Shown: positions 9,429-18,825 of the stretch, piece by piece
How positions within the stretch are numbered: the stretch's first letter is position 1
Layout of the letters: each line of letters opens with the position of its first letter
Assembly: GCA_016931455.1 (NCBI GenBank)
Contig: JAFGES010000065.1
Span: forward strand, 2,097-66,096
Source: Desulfobacterales bacterium
GTDB lineage: Bacteria > Desulfobacterota > Desulfobacteria > Desulfobacterales > JAHDSC01
Length of the DNA: 64,000 nt
Direction of reading: 5' to 3'
Program-made: the position numbers and the translations under genes
The notes under the pieces: generated by a model
Told to the model about the DNA's origin: nothing
Databases searched by the model: none
The model's input: only the letters and a program-made list of their open reading frames with translations

Positions 9429-9435
9429 TCCCTAA

Positions 9436-9876
9436 TCAGTTTATTTTTACTGACGCACCTTTGATCTTGTTAACTCCACTAGCTTTCGTCACTACTTGGG
9501 AACCTTTCAAAATTACTTTTCCTTCCTTGCTCATAGTTAAGGAGCTTCCACCGCAACGCAGCTCAATCTTATTTTGGGCGACGAAGTCAAGTTGATACGA
9601 AGATTCCTCTCCGGTAATGTATTTCTGGACAACACCTATTACGCACCCTCGAACCCCACTCTTCTCTAATACGAATAGAACCGGATCTCCCTTAGTCAGT
9701 AAAGGTATGGAGCCAGCGCTTGTCCTGAGAAAATCACAGACCAAACTTGAGCTATTCTCTTTATACTCGACAATTATTTCGCCGTTAGGCCTAATAGCTG
9801 AAATTCTACCGCGCATGATTTCCATGCGATCAAGATTTTCCTGCACAGAAAAAAATGAGACAATTTTATTATCCAT
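9436..9876 (-). CDS. Small VgrG-associated protein (DUF6484-like, tentative)
   Basis: 146-aa ORF starting directly after the vgrG stop. Its C-terminus IELRCGGSSLTMSKEGKVILKGSQVVTKASGVNKIKGASVKIN resembles the VgrG tip repeats. Confidence 0.6.
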   Translation of the reverse strand: MDNKIVSFFSVQENLDRMEIMRGRISAIRPNGEIIVEYKENSSSLVCDFLRTSAGSIPLLTKGDPVLFVLEKSGVRGCVIGVVQKYITGEESSYQLDFVAQNKIELRCGGSSLTMSKEGKVILKGSQVVTKASGVNKIKGASVKIN

Positions 9877-12102
9877 TTAGTTTTCTCCAATTTTTGAGCC
9901 TTTTATCTTGATATCCCCGGAAGACTTGATGTCCACTTTGCTCCCTTTAATAGATATGTCCGTACCCTTTATTAATATTTCTCCGCCGTTTTTTAGAACT
10001 ATCGAGGCTTTTCCGCACTTTATAAGCAGTTCATCCTTAATATCAATAACTCCCTTCTTTTTCCCTATAATTGCGAAATCATCCCCTGCACTTAAGGACA
10101 TTTTTTTGCCGGATAGAATGCTGACATCTTTTCCTGCACTTTGAGAAATATTCCCCCCGGCATCAACGGATTTATTTTTTCCAACATTTTCACTACTGTT
10201 TGCCCCGACATTTACTGATTTTACTGCACCGATCTCTTCAGCTTTTGCTGCTCCCACAGTCTCATTCATCGCGGCGCCCACAGTGATTTGATACAGCCCA
10301 CCGATAGTCAGCTCTTTTGCCGCTCCAATCGTTTCTGCTGTATTAATCGTAACTGTTTCGGTCTTATTACTGCCAACTTTGAGGCTCATATTTGCCCCAA
10401 TAGATTCCGTATGATTTGCACCTACCTGGATGGTTTTATTGGAACCGATCGTCTCACTCTGGTCAACGCCTACTTCCTTCGTTCGATTATTCCCCACTGA
10501 TAGAGTCTCATCATGTCCCACTGTCTGATTTTTATCATTTTCAATAACAATGGTCCAATCTTTTTGCCCATGCAAATAAATCTCTTCTTTTCCCTTCTTA
10601 TCCTCAAACCGAATCTCATTCGATCCGCCGCCTCCAAGGGAAGAATCCGATTTTAGGGTGCTTTTTGTTTTTTCATCAGGAAGAGGGTAGGGTGGAGAGT
10701 TGGTGCCGTGGTAAACACGACCTATTATAATCGGTCTGTCGGGATCGCCTTCAAGAAAATCAACAATCACTTCCTGCCCGATACGGGGTATGTGCATGGC
10801 TCCCCATCCCGCCCCTGCCCATACTTGACTAACACGTATCCAGCAGGAGCTGTTTTCATCCTTTTTTCCCTCACGGTCCCAGTGGAACTGAACCTTGACG
10901 CGACCGTGCTCATCCGGATAGATTTCTTCCCCGGCGGGACCGACTACAATAGCGGTCTGGGTGCCTCGAACTACTGGTTTTGCAGTATCACGTGACGGGC
11001 GATAGGGAACATCATAAGGAATGCATTTAAAACGATTAATATAAGGTAATTCAGACTCAGTGCTCCGATTAAAAGCCCCGGGATAATCCGACACATCGAA
11101 TACTTCATGTTCGATATGGGTTAACACATAATCTTTTTTGTCCATATCTTCGCGATAATAATCCAAAAGATTAAATCGGTACCCGCTTGTAAATGCCCTG
11201 CAATTACTTGAACCGGAGATAGTTGTAATCTTTGTTTCTTCTTCCTCTATGCGTATGTTGGATAAACGTTCTCCTTGGGTTTTTTTTGTGTAAAGCCCGG
11301 GATAATCGTATATTTCCCGTTCTCCGGGCCCCAGCATCTGTTTTGTGGAGACATCCACCTTCAAGTCGGTATTGGGTATCTCAAAATTAAAATCATTAAT
11401 GGTATATTTGGCAGGCCGGATTTCCTGCATTTTTTCCATGCTGGCGATCAGGTCTTCTTCCGGCAGCCCGCAAGCACTGATTTGATATCGTGCTGATTCC
11501 TGTTTCGGACAGGGCTTGAATTTGTCGGAAGCATCTGCCAGAATTAATGTATGCTTTTTTTCTTCATGTTCAAAAAAATAACATATTCCTTCTTCTTCTA
11601 AAAGCCGGGAAACAAAATTAAAGTCCGTTTCCCTGTACTGCACGCAGTAGTCTCTTTTATCGTAAGTGTCGTTTAGAAGGAGCTTGTAATCCAAAAAACC
11701 TTTCTCGGTAAATATTTTTTCAACGATATCCGGTACGGAAAGGTTTTGAAATATTCTTGAATCGATTGTTCTTTTGAGCAGCCAGGGCCAGGGAACCATG
11801 GTGGCTGCATAATGTGAAAAGTGAGTATATTTACCGGCTGCAACATTACCTCTAAGCTGTGAAAACCTGGAGATTATACCATTAAAAAAACGTTTGTCTC
11901 CATCTGTCAGGATAATGGAGATGGTAACATTTTCTCCGATAATATCTTCAAATTTTACGTTGTGATTCTCTGAAAGAAGGTTGAGATTAAAGCTGAAAAG
12001 ACCGGAGATGGCTTCCGCGCCTTTAAATCCGGCAAGAAGCAGTACATCCCTGCCAAGCGGAGTGTCGATGGCAATCAGCCTGTTGTCTTGTGTATAGACC
12101 AT
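9877..12102 (-). CDS. vgrG: Type VI secretion spike protein VgrG
   Basis: 741 aa. The N-terminus has the gp27-like pattern (IDTPLGRDVLLL, FNGIISRF) and a gp5 OB region (VVDFLEGDPDRPIIIGRVYH). The C-terminus has beta-helix repeats. Confidence 0.9.
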   Translation of the reverse strand: MVYTQDNRLIAIDTPLGRDVLLLAGFKGAEAISGLFSFNLNLLSENHNVKFEDIIGENVTISIILTDGDKRFFNGIISRFSQLRGNVAAGKYTHFSHYAATMVPWPWLLKRTIDSRIFQNLSVPDIVEKIFTEKGFLDYKLLLNDTYDKRDYCVQYRETDFNFVSRLLEEEGICYFFEHEEKKHTLILADASDKFKPCPKQESARYQISACGLPEEDLIASMEKMQEIRPAKYTINDFNFEIPNTDLKVDVSTKQMLGPGEREIYDYPGLYTKKTQGERLSNIRIEEEETKITTISGSSNCRAFTSGYRFNLLDYYREDMDKKDYVLTHIEHEVFDVSDYPGAFNRSTESELPYINRFKCIPYDVPYRPSRDTAKPVVRGTQTAIVVGPAGEEIYPDEHGRVKVQFHWDREGKKDENSSCWIRVSQVWAGAGWGAMHIPRIGQEVIVDFLEGDPDRPIIIGRVYHGTNSPPYPLPDEKTKSTLKSDSSLGGGGSNEIRFEDKKGKEEIYLHGQKDWTIVIENDKNQTVGHDETLSVGNNRTKEVGVDQSETIGSNKTIQVGANHTESIGANMSLKVGSNKTETVTINTAETIGAAKELTIGGLYQITVGAAMNETVGAAKAEEIGAVKSVNVGANSSENVGKNKSVDAGGNISQSAGKDVSILSGKKMSLSAGDDFAIIGKKKGVIDIKDELLIKCGKASIVLKNGGEILIKGTDISIKGSKVDIKSSGDIKIKGSKIGEN

Positions 12103-12343
12103 GGTCTTTTTGCCTTGAAGAGACAGACGGAAACATCTTCCGATTAAAACAGTTGAATGGCCTATGCCATCAAATTATATTTTTTTGCGGCTTTCCGGTC
12201 CATAGTTTTCGAGACCGAAAATACCCATAGAAATGAAAAGTGCCGGAAGAGTCCGCCGAAACTGTTTTTTTCAGTTACTTAGAAAAGATATCAAATCTAC
12301 TTGAATTTAAGAATTTAATCGATTTGTTATAATTGTAAAAAAA

Positions 12344-12372
12344 ATATAATATCGATTTTTCCTTATTGTCAA
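12344..12372 (-). promoter_or_regulatory. Candidate sigma-70 promoter for the vgrG island
   Basis: The minus strand reads TTGACA-17 nt-TTATAT, about 240 nt upstream of the vgrG ATG. This is a pattern match only. Confidence 0.25.
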
Positions 12373-12430
12373 TATAATATTGCAAAGGATCCTCGGCAAA
12401 AGCTGATGATCCTGAAAAATTCGATGATAT

Positions 12431-13615
12431 TTAAAAAACCGCATTTACAAATTTAACGGGATCAAAATCCTGAAGATCTTCAATCGCTTCCCCGATTCCA
12501 ATATAATTTAAGGGAATTTTCAGATCGCTGCATATACTGATTACAACTCCGCCTTTGGCTGTGCCGTCCAGTTTGGTCAGCGCAATACCGGTGACACCGA
12601 TGGCGTCATTAAAAATTTTGGCCTGTGACACTGCGTTTTGGCCGGTTGTGGCATCCAGAACCAGTAGAATTTCATGCGGTGCATTCGGCAGCTTTCTTGA
12701 AAGGGTGCGCTTGATTTTTTTAAGTTCTTCCATCAGATTGACTTTTGTATGCAGCCTTCCGGCCGTATCGACCAAAACAATATCGATTCCACGGGAAATT
12801 GCAGCCTCGATGCTGTCATAGGCGACTGCCGCAGGGTCTGAGTTTTCGCTGTGTTTAACAATTTGTGCACCGGCTCTATCAGCCCATATTTCCAGTTGCT
12901 CGATTGCAGCCGCCCGGAAAGTATCTGCAGCGGCAATTAGAACCGTTTTGCCTTCTGCTGAAAATTTTGCCGCCAGCTTTCCGATCGTCGTGGTTTTGCC
13001 GACCCCGTTAACACCTAACACCATAATCACATGGGGTTTTTCTTTAGCTTTTTCAAGAGCAACCGTTTCGGTGTCAATGGTTGTTTCCGTATCAAGCAAG
13101 GCGATCATTTCTTCTTTCAAGGCCTTTTTCAGTTGATCCGCAGTCTTGATTTTGGATGATTTTTTCGAAAGACGTTCAATAAGATTCATCGATGTCTGCA
13201 CACCAATATCGGAGGTGATCAACAGCTCTTCCAATTCCTCCAATAAATCATCGTCGATTTTTGTTTTACCTGCAAAAATCGTATCGACACCACCGGTAAG
13301 TGCTTTGTGCGTCTTAAATAAACGATTTTTCAGGCGCTTGAAAAAATACGGTGACTTTGATGATTCAGACGGCAACGGCTCTGATGAAGATGAATTCGGT
13401 TGGGTTGGTTCCTCTTCTTCCGCCTCTTGAAGCAAAATGTCAGCGGGCTCTTCAGCAGGTTTATCTTCTTGATCGATGGTTTCTTCTTCAAACATTTCTT
13501 CTTCTACTGTTGTTTCTTCTACTTGAACGGCCTCCGTGCTTTCAGGTATTTCCTGTGTTTGTGGGGTATTTTCTTTTTTTGTTTCCTTATTTTTTTTAAA
13601 CCATTTAAATGCCAT
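12431..13615 (-). CDS. ftsY: Signal recognition particle receptor FtsY
   Basis: Motifs GVNGVGKTTTIGKLA, DTAGRLH and TKLDGTAKGG, with an acidic N-terminal domain. The start is taken at MAFKWFKK, because the longer ORF overlaps the smc end. Confidence 0.9.
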   Translation of the reverse strand: MAFKWFKKNKETKKENTPQTQEIPESTEAVQVEETTVEEEMFEEETIDQEDKPAEEPADILLQEAEEEEPTQPNSSSSEPLPSESSKSPYFFKRLKNRLFKTHKALTGGVDTIFAGKTKIDDDLLEELEELLITSDIGVQTSMNLIERLSKKSSKIKTADQLKKALKEEMIALLDTETTIDTETVALEKAKEKPHVIMVLGVNGVGKTTTIGKLAAKFSAEGKTVLIAAADTFRAAAIEQLEIWADRAGAQIVKHSENSDPAAVAYDSIEAAISRGIDIVLVDTAGRLHTKVNLMEELKKIKRTLSRKLPNAPHEILLVLDATTGQNAVSQAKIFNDAIGVTGIALTKLDGTAKGGVVISICSDLKIPLNYIGIGEAIEDLQDFDPVKFVNAVF

Positions 13616-13658
13616 GATATATTCCTTATTTTGACTTTCTTCCGTATTAACTTTCGAT

Positions 13659-16600
13659 TTATCGCTGCAAATCAACTGAGACGATTTTGGAAATCCCTTT
13701 TTTTTCCATGGTGACGCCGAACAAAATGTCGGCAAATTCCATGCTTCTTTTATTGTGCGTGATCATGATAATTTGAGATTGTTGCCCTATTTTTTTTAAC
13801 AAGTTATTAAACCGAAAAACATTGGCATCGTCAAGAGGGGCGTCAATCTCATCCAAAAGGCAGAAAGAAGCAGGTTTGATCAAAAATATGGAAAAAATAA
13901 AGGAAATAGCCGCCAGTGCCTTTTCACCGCCGGAAAGCAGACTCATGCGAGTGACTTTTTTACCCGGCGGCTGGATCATAAATTCCACACCGGTTTCCAG
14001 GGGGTTGTCCGGCTCGGTCAGTACCAGCCGGGCGGAGCCGCCTTCAAAAAGACACGGAAAGACCTCATTCATTTTTTCATTGATCAGATCCAATGTATCG
14101 ATAAATTGCTTTTTTGTTATTTTGTTGATCTTATTGATGGCCTTATGCAGATCCTCAACGGCTTTTACCAAGTCGTTGCGCTGGGTTTCAAGAAAATTAA
14201 AACGGTCTTTGAGTTCTTCATACTCTCTGATGGCTCCCAGGTTGACATTTTCAATCGCGGCGATCGTTTTCCTGCTTCGGGACAGTTCATCTTCCATTTG
14301 TTCGATGGACATTTTTGATAAACTTTCCCCATCACCGCTTGTTTTGTCGAATTCTTGATTGAATTCGGTCAGAGGACGCTGATACTGATCTTTTATTCTG
14401 TTTAAGATATTTTCGCGTTTAAGATTAGCTTCAGACTGCTTAATTTCAAGGGAACGAATTTTTTCCAGGGTCTTTTCCCTTTCAATTTTAATTTCCGATA
14501 TCCGTTGCTCGTTATTTTTCAGCTCCATTTTAACGCTATGATATTGTGTTTCATCGATTTCAAGTGTTTTTTTCAGTTGCTTCAGATCCGCATGCATTGA
14601 TGCAAGTGTTTGCTCGGAATCGGTTATCCTTTGTTTCAAGATCGTTGTTTTTTGGTTTTTTAGGCTGATTTCCGAGGTCAATTGCTCCTGTCGGTTTAAG
14701 CCGTCGTCTTGAAATTGTTTCAGGCGCTTTAAGGTCGCATGGTCGCTTTCCAACTGAGCCTTTAAAGCGGTCAGTTCAAGTTTTAAATCAACAATCGTTT
14801 GATTGAAGTTATCAATTGCAGATGAAATGAAGCTGATTTTGCGGGTCGTTTCACTGATAGCCTCCTGGGCTGTTTTCGATCGGCTTTCAATTTCAGCCGA
14901 TGCCTGATTGTATTTGATGACCTCTTCATCAATATCGGTTTTTTCACCTATCAGTTGCTCCTGTTCCAACGATATCACATCCAGATGACGAAGCGCGTGT
15001 TTGAGGTCTTCTTCGGCCTTATATAAGGATTTTTCCGCTTCGACCAGATTTTGCGAAGCGTTATTTTGTTGCTCGATCTTTTTTTGGAGTTCGCCTTTAA
15101 TACATTTTACTTCGGATTCAAGTCTTTCCTGCTCTTGATAGGCCGATTGCAACTGTTGATCCAAGGCTTGAATTTGGCTTTCCAGTCTTTTCAGATCCTG
15201 CTTTTTTTTAAGAATATCGGATAAATTTTCTTTGCTGCCGCCGATCATGATGGATTGGTGGGAGATCATATCCCCGTCTTTGGTAACGATCGTGCCGAAT
15301 CCATTATTGCCGTTGCAAAGTTCAGCCGCTTCCTCAATATTTGTCGTCACCACCACATGGCCTAGAATTGCTTCGGCGATTTTTTCATAACCGGGTTTAA
15401 TCGTGACATGATTTAAAAGCGCTGCGGCCGGACTCGATGGATTTTGTTGATACGTTTCGATATGCTTGATCGAAGATACCGGAATAAAACCGCTACGACC
15501 GGCTCCATGGGTTTGAAGATAGTTGATGCAATTCAGGCCGATTTTCTGATCGTTAACCAAGATATACTGCAAAGATTCGCCCAGGGCCGCTTCCAGGGCA
15601 GTCTCAAATGAAGGTTTCGGTTCCACGATATCGGCCATCAGCCCCAGAACGCCGCCGTTTTGCGCAAATTTAAAATCACTGTTTAAATCTTGCGGGTTTT
15701 CGCCGTTTTTGCATTTTTTCATGATGGCCTTGACCCCATCTTTATACCACTCAAAATTTTCTTCCATTTTTTTTAAAGTCTTATATTCTGAATGGGTTTT
15801 GCTGCGCTGAAGCTCTAGGGTCTGTACGAGTCGGGTCTGGGTGACAAGCGCCTTGTTTTTATTTTGAAGCTGCCGGCGAATCGCCTCGATATCTTTGTTC
15901 AGCTGATTGATTTCGGTTTGGCTGAAATTAAATTCTTCTTTGGCTTGAATTTCTTGGTTCTGAAGTTCTTTGACTTGTTTTTTTGCGATGATTTCCTCTT
16001 CATCGATTCTTTTCAGGCGTCGGGTGATGTTTTCTTTGTTTTTAGTGGCGGATTGATACATATTTTTAAAGCGGGCTTCCTGCGTCATCAATTCCATAAG
16101 GTCGGCTTTTTTAGCGTCGAGTTCTTGAGTCAATCGGTTCATTTGATTTTTAATATCTTTAGAAGCCGAAGATTCCTGATCAAGGGTTGTATGGGCGGTT
16201 TCTATTTTTGCTTTTAAATGCTCGGCCTGTTTTTCAACCTGCTTAATTTCAATTCCAATCGCCTCGTTCTTTTCTTTGAGTTCTTTGAGTTCGGATTCAG
16301 CCTTTATCAGATCATGATCCAGCTGATGCGTTTCTTTGCGGAAATGCCCCAGATCGTTTTCCGTTCGATCGATATTGCGTTGGAGCTTAAAACGTTGAGA
16401 TTTTTGTTTTGAAATGTGCTCGTTTTTTTCTCCTTGTTGTATTTTGACGGCTTCAACAACAGCCTCTATTTTTTTTATTTTCGATAAATGTTCGATGTCC
16501 GTATCCCTGAGCGATTTCAACGCAAAATCGGTTTTATGGATTTGATTGCTATACTCCTGGTGATAATGAAGGGACAGGCAAATATCGAGTTTTTTAATGT

Positions 16601-17270
16601 GCTCCTGATGTTTTTTGTAAGCTTCGGCTTTTCTGGCCTGGCGTTTAAGGGCGGCCATCTGTCGGTTGACTTCGGAAATAATGTCGTTGACCCGCAGAAG
16701 GTTTTGATTGGTGGCTTCCAACTTACGCAGGGTTTCGTTTTTGCGGTTTTTATACCTTGTAATTCCGGCTGCTTCTTCAATAAAAAACCTTCTTTCATCC
16801 GGACCGGCATCCGTGATAGCCCCGATATTACCTTGCTGGATAATGGAATAAGATTTGGCGCCCATCCCGCTGCCCAAGAAAATATTATAGATATCTTTCA
16901 GGCGCGAGGGCTGCTTGTTGACCAGATAAGCGGTTTCACCGGAGCGGTAAATTCGCCGTGTGATCATGATTTCGGTAAAATCGGTTAAATGCTCCGGAAC
17001 GCTTCCATCGTCATTTGCCAGCGTCAAGGAAACTTCCGCCATATTTAAGGGCGCTTTTCCATTGGTGCCTGCAAAGATTATATCTTCCATGGACTTGCCG
17101 CGAAGTTGTTTGACGCTTTGTTCTCCCATGGCCCAGCGGAGCGCATCGACAATATTGCTTTTACCGCAGCCGTTGGGCCCGACAATGGCGGAAATTCCGG
17201 GTGGAAATTGAATCGCGGTTTTTTCAGGAAAGGATTTAAAACCGGTTATTTCAAGTTTTTTCAGTTTCAC
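13659..17270 (-). CDS. smc: Chromosome segregation protein SMC
   Basis: 1203 aa. The N-terminus carries Walker A GPNGCGKSN, followed by long coiled coils, a hinge, and the C-terminal motifs LSGGEKAL and LDEIDAPLD. Confidence 0.95.
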   Translation of the reverse strand: MKLKKLEITGFKSFPEKTAIQFPPGISAIVGPNGCGKSNIVDALRWAMGEQSVKQLRGKSMEDIIFAGTNGKAPLNMAEVSLTLANDDGSVPEHLTDFTEIMITRRIYRSGETAYLVNKQPSRLKDIYNIFLGSGMGAKSYSIIQQGNIGAITDAGPDERRFFIEEAAGITRYKNRKNETLRKLEATNQNLLRVNDIISEVNRQMAALKRQARKAEAYKKHQEHIKKLDICLSLHYHQEYSNQIHKTDFALKSLRDTDIEHLSKIKKIEAVVEAVKIQQGEKNEHISKQKSQRFKLQRNIDRTENDLGHFRKETHQLDHDLIKAESELKELKEKNEAIGIEIKQVEKQAEHLKAKIETAHTTLDQESSASKDIKNQMNRLTQELDAKKADLMELMTQEARFKNMYQSATKNKENITRRLKRIDEEEIIAKKQVKELQNQEIQAKEEFNFSQTEINQLNKDIEAIRRQLQNKNKALVTQTRLVQTLELQRSKTHSEYKTLKKMEENFEWYKDGVKAIMKKCKNGENPQDLNSDFKFAQNGGVLGLMADIVEPKPSFETALEAALGESLQYILVNDQKIGLNCINYLQTHGAGRSGFIPVSSIKHIETYQQNPSSPAAALLNHVTIKPGYEKIAEAILGHVVVTTNIEEAAELCNGNNGFGTIVTKDGDMISHQSIMIGGSKENLSDILKKKQDLKRLESQIQALDQQLQSAYQEQERLESEVKCIKGELQKKIEQQNNASQNLVEAEKSLYKAEEDLKHALRHLDVISLEQEQLIGEKTDIDEEVIKYNQASAEIESRSKTAQEAISETTRKISFISSAIDNFNQTIVDLKLELTALKAQLESDHATLKRLKQFQDDGLNRQEQLTSEISLKNQKTTILKQRITDSEQTLASMHADLKQLKKTLEIDETQYHSVKMELKNNEQRISEIKIEREKTLEKIRSLEIKQSEANLKRENILNRIKDQYQRPLTEFNQEFDKTSGDGESLSKMSIEQMEDELSRSRKTIAAIENVNLGAIREYEELKDRFNFLETQRNDLVKAVEDLHKAINKINKITKKQFIDTLDLINEKMNEVFPCLFEGGSARLVLTEPDNPLETGVEFMIQPPGKKVTRMSLLSGGEKALAAISFIFSIFLIKPASFCLLDEIDAPLDDANVFRFNNLLKKIGQQSQIIMITHNKRSMEFADILFGVTMEKKGISKIVSVDLQR

Positions 17271-17519
17271 GCAAAAAGATCTCTTGCTTCATTCCAATTT
17301 ATATTAGAAATTGAGCGGACTTTCGGCCACTTTAATGGTCAGGTTTTTAATTGTATGCTTATCCAAACAGAAAATCTATAAAAAATTCAAATGTAGCTTG
17401 TTAAGTATTATCGGCGATGGTATTTAGACAGAGAACTATATGCTGACTATCAAACAAAATTAAACAAATGAGTTTGGTCGATTTCAATGAGATTCAATTT
17501 AATACAAAAGGAGATTAGA

Positions 17520-17930
17520 ATGAAGATTTATGTTGGAAATTTATCGTACGAGGTTACCGAAGAAGACTTGCGGATAGCTTTAGAACAATTCGGACAGGTT
17601 GAATCCGTTACCATTATAAAAGATAAGTATAGTGGCCAATCAAAAGGATTTGGATTCGTGGAGATGGCTTCCAAGGCTGAAGGGCAGGCTGCAATCGATG
17701 GCCTAAACGGCAAAGAGCTGAAAGGAAGAGCGCTTAACGTCAATGAAGCTCAGCCCCGTGCCGAAAGTCGCGGTGGTAGAGGCGGATACAGCGGCGGTCG
17801 AGGCGGGCAAGGCGGTGGTAGAGGCGGACAAGGCGGTAGTAGAAGTGGACAAGGCGGCGGTAGAGGCGGACAAGGCAGTGGTCGAGGCGGACAAGGCAGT
17901 GGTAGAGGCGGACAAGGACGTGGCCGCTGA
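17520..17930 (+). CDS. RRM-type RNA-binding protein with RGG/GQG-repeat tail
   Basis: RNP2 IYVGNL and RNP1 KGFGFVEM are present, followed by a C-terminal Gly-Arg-Gln repeat. Confidence 0.9.
   Translation: MKIYVGNLSYEVTEEDLRIALEQFGQVESVTIIKDKYSGQSKGFGFVEMASKAEGQAAIDGLNGKELKGRALNVNEAQPRAESRGGRGGYSGGRGGQGGGRGGQGGSRSGQGGGRGGQGSGRGGQGSGRGGQGRGR
17793..17927 (+). repeat. Tandem 21-nt (7-codon) repeat encoding (G/S)R(G/S)GQG(G/S)
   Basis: About six consecutive GRGGQGG / GRGGQGS units are visible in both DNA and protein. Confidence 0.8.
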
Positions 17931-18152
17931 GGACCAAAGGGTGGTCGTAGCCTCTAATTATCGACATTCAACATATGTAACTATGATCATAGAAAAAATT
18001 GCGCCCAACACTTATAAGGCCTCCCGCCGATAAGAGTAAAAGTGCTTTTTCCAAGTAGTTGTTTTGTCTTTTTGTCCATAGGTTACTCCTCACGAAATAG
18101 TTAATAATAATTAATGATTACGTGAGGATTTAACTTACTGTCAATTTGGCTG

Positions 18153-18524
18153 TCAATTTGGAGAAAATATAGACTCCACACTTTCCATTACATCCTCGGT
18201 TGTCGATGTATTTTTGGATACAAAAAAATCAGCCCCGGCTTCGAAGGCAGCTTCACGATACTCGGGAAAGTCACAGCTCGTAATCATGATAATGATGATC
18301 TCAGGGTAGGCTGTTTTTATTTTTCTCGTTAACTGGAAACCATTTTCGTCGGGTAATCGCAGGTCGATAAAAATGAGATCAGGGACTTGTTTTTCGGTCT
18401 TTTTGAAGGCACTATTTGCATCTTGTGCCTCCCTGATATGCATAGATGGGAATCTTGAGAGTAAAATGCGTTTCAACATTTTCCGAAATATAGTATTGTC
18501 ATCCACGATCAAAATGTCAGCCAT
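18153..18524 (-). CDS. Single-domain response regulator (CheY-like receiver)
   Basis: 123 aa with DD at positions 8-9, the phospho-acceptor context FIDLRLPD, and a conserved K in FVSK. Confidence 0.85.
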   Translation of the reverse strand: MADILIVDDNTIFRKMLKRILLSRFPSMHIREAQDANSAFKKTEKQVPDLIFIDLRLPDENGFQLTRKIKTAYPEIIIIMITSCDFPEYREAAFEAGADFFVSKNTSTTEDVMESVESIFSPN

Positions 18525-18825
18525 TATTGTCTCCTAATTCCGTTGCCATCTCATATAAATCCTAAATATAAAATAGCCCGATCATAGACAAAGCTTGATA
18601 GACAATCAGAACATTTCTTTTGATATTTTACTTGGCTTTTTAAGGATGGGATATGGGTTAAACCATGTATAAAGAGTTGAAATATAATTTATTTTTGGGG
18701 TAAGATAAAAACATTATCCCTCACCATGTTAGGTACCGGTCGCTGTAAAAAAGATAAAAAATGCCCATCGGATATTAGGACGCAGGAGATGGTGTGATTA
18801 ACGGAGGATAAGAGGGGAGATCGGC

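Noticed and set aside
12103-12430. A sigma-54 promoter was sought upstream of vgrG. T6SS loci are often RpoN-dependent, and the sequences TGGCATAGGCCATTC and CGGCACTTTTCATTTC looked suggestive.
   Set aside because: Neither has the GC of the -12 element at the required GG-N10-GC spacing. Only a weak sigma-70-like match was retained.
13822-16988. Several long plus-strand ORFs (for example 13822-14358 at 178 aa, 15864-16217, and 16488-16988 at 166 aa) lie antisense to smc.
   Set aside because: They sit entirely inside the SMC coiled-coil coding region. Their translations are low-complexity (F/L/S-rich) with no motifs. Glu/Lys/Leu-rich coiled-coil genes typically produce such open antisense frames.
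17703-18033. Three overlapping ORFs (70-96 aa) cover the 3' end of the RRM gene on both strands.
   Set aside because: They are products of the 21-nt GGN-rich tandem repeat, which is open in several frames. Their translations are pure repeats (ALSASTT.., AVVEADK..).
18138-18161. A tandem 12-nt duplication CTGTCAATTTGG x2 spans the stop codon of the response regulator, and an 8-bp inverted repeat lies at 18087-18128.
   Set aside because: The duplication is a small slippage-type event with no coding consequence, because the first stop is used. The inverted repeat has a 26-nt loop and no U-tract, so it is weak as a terminator.
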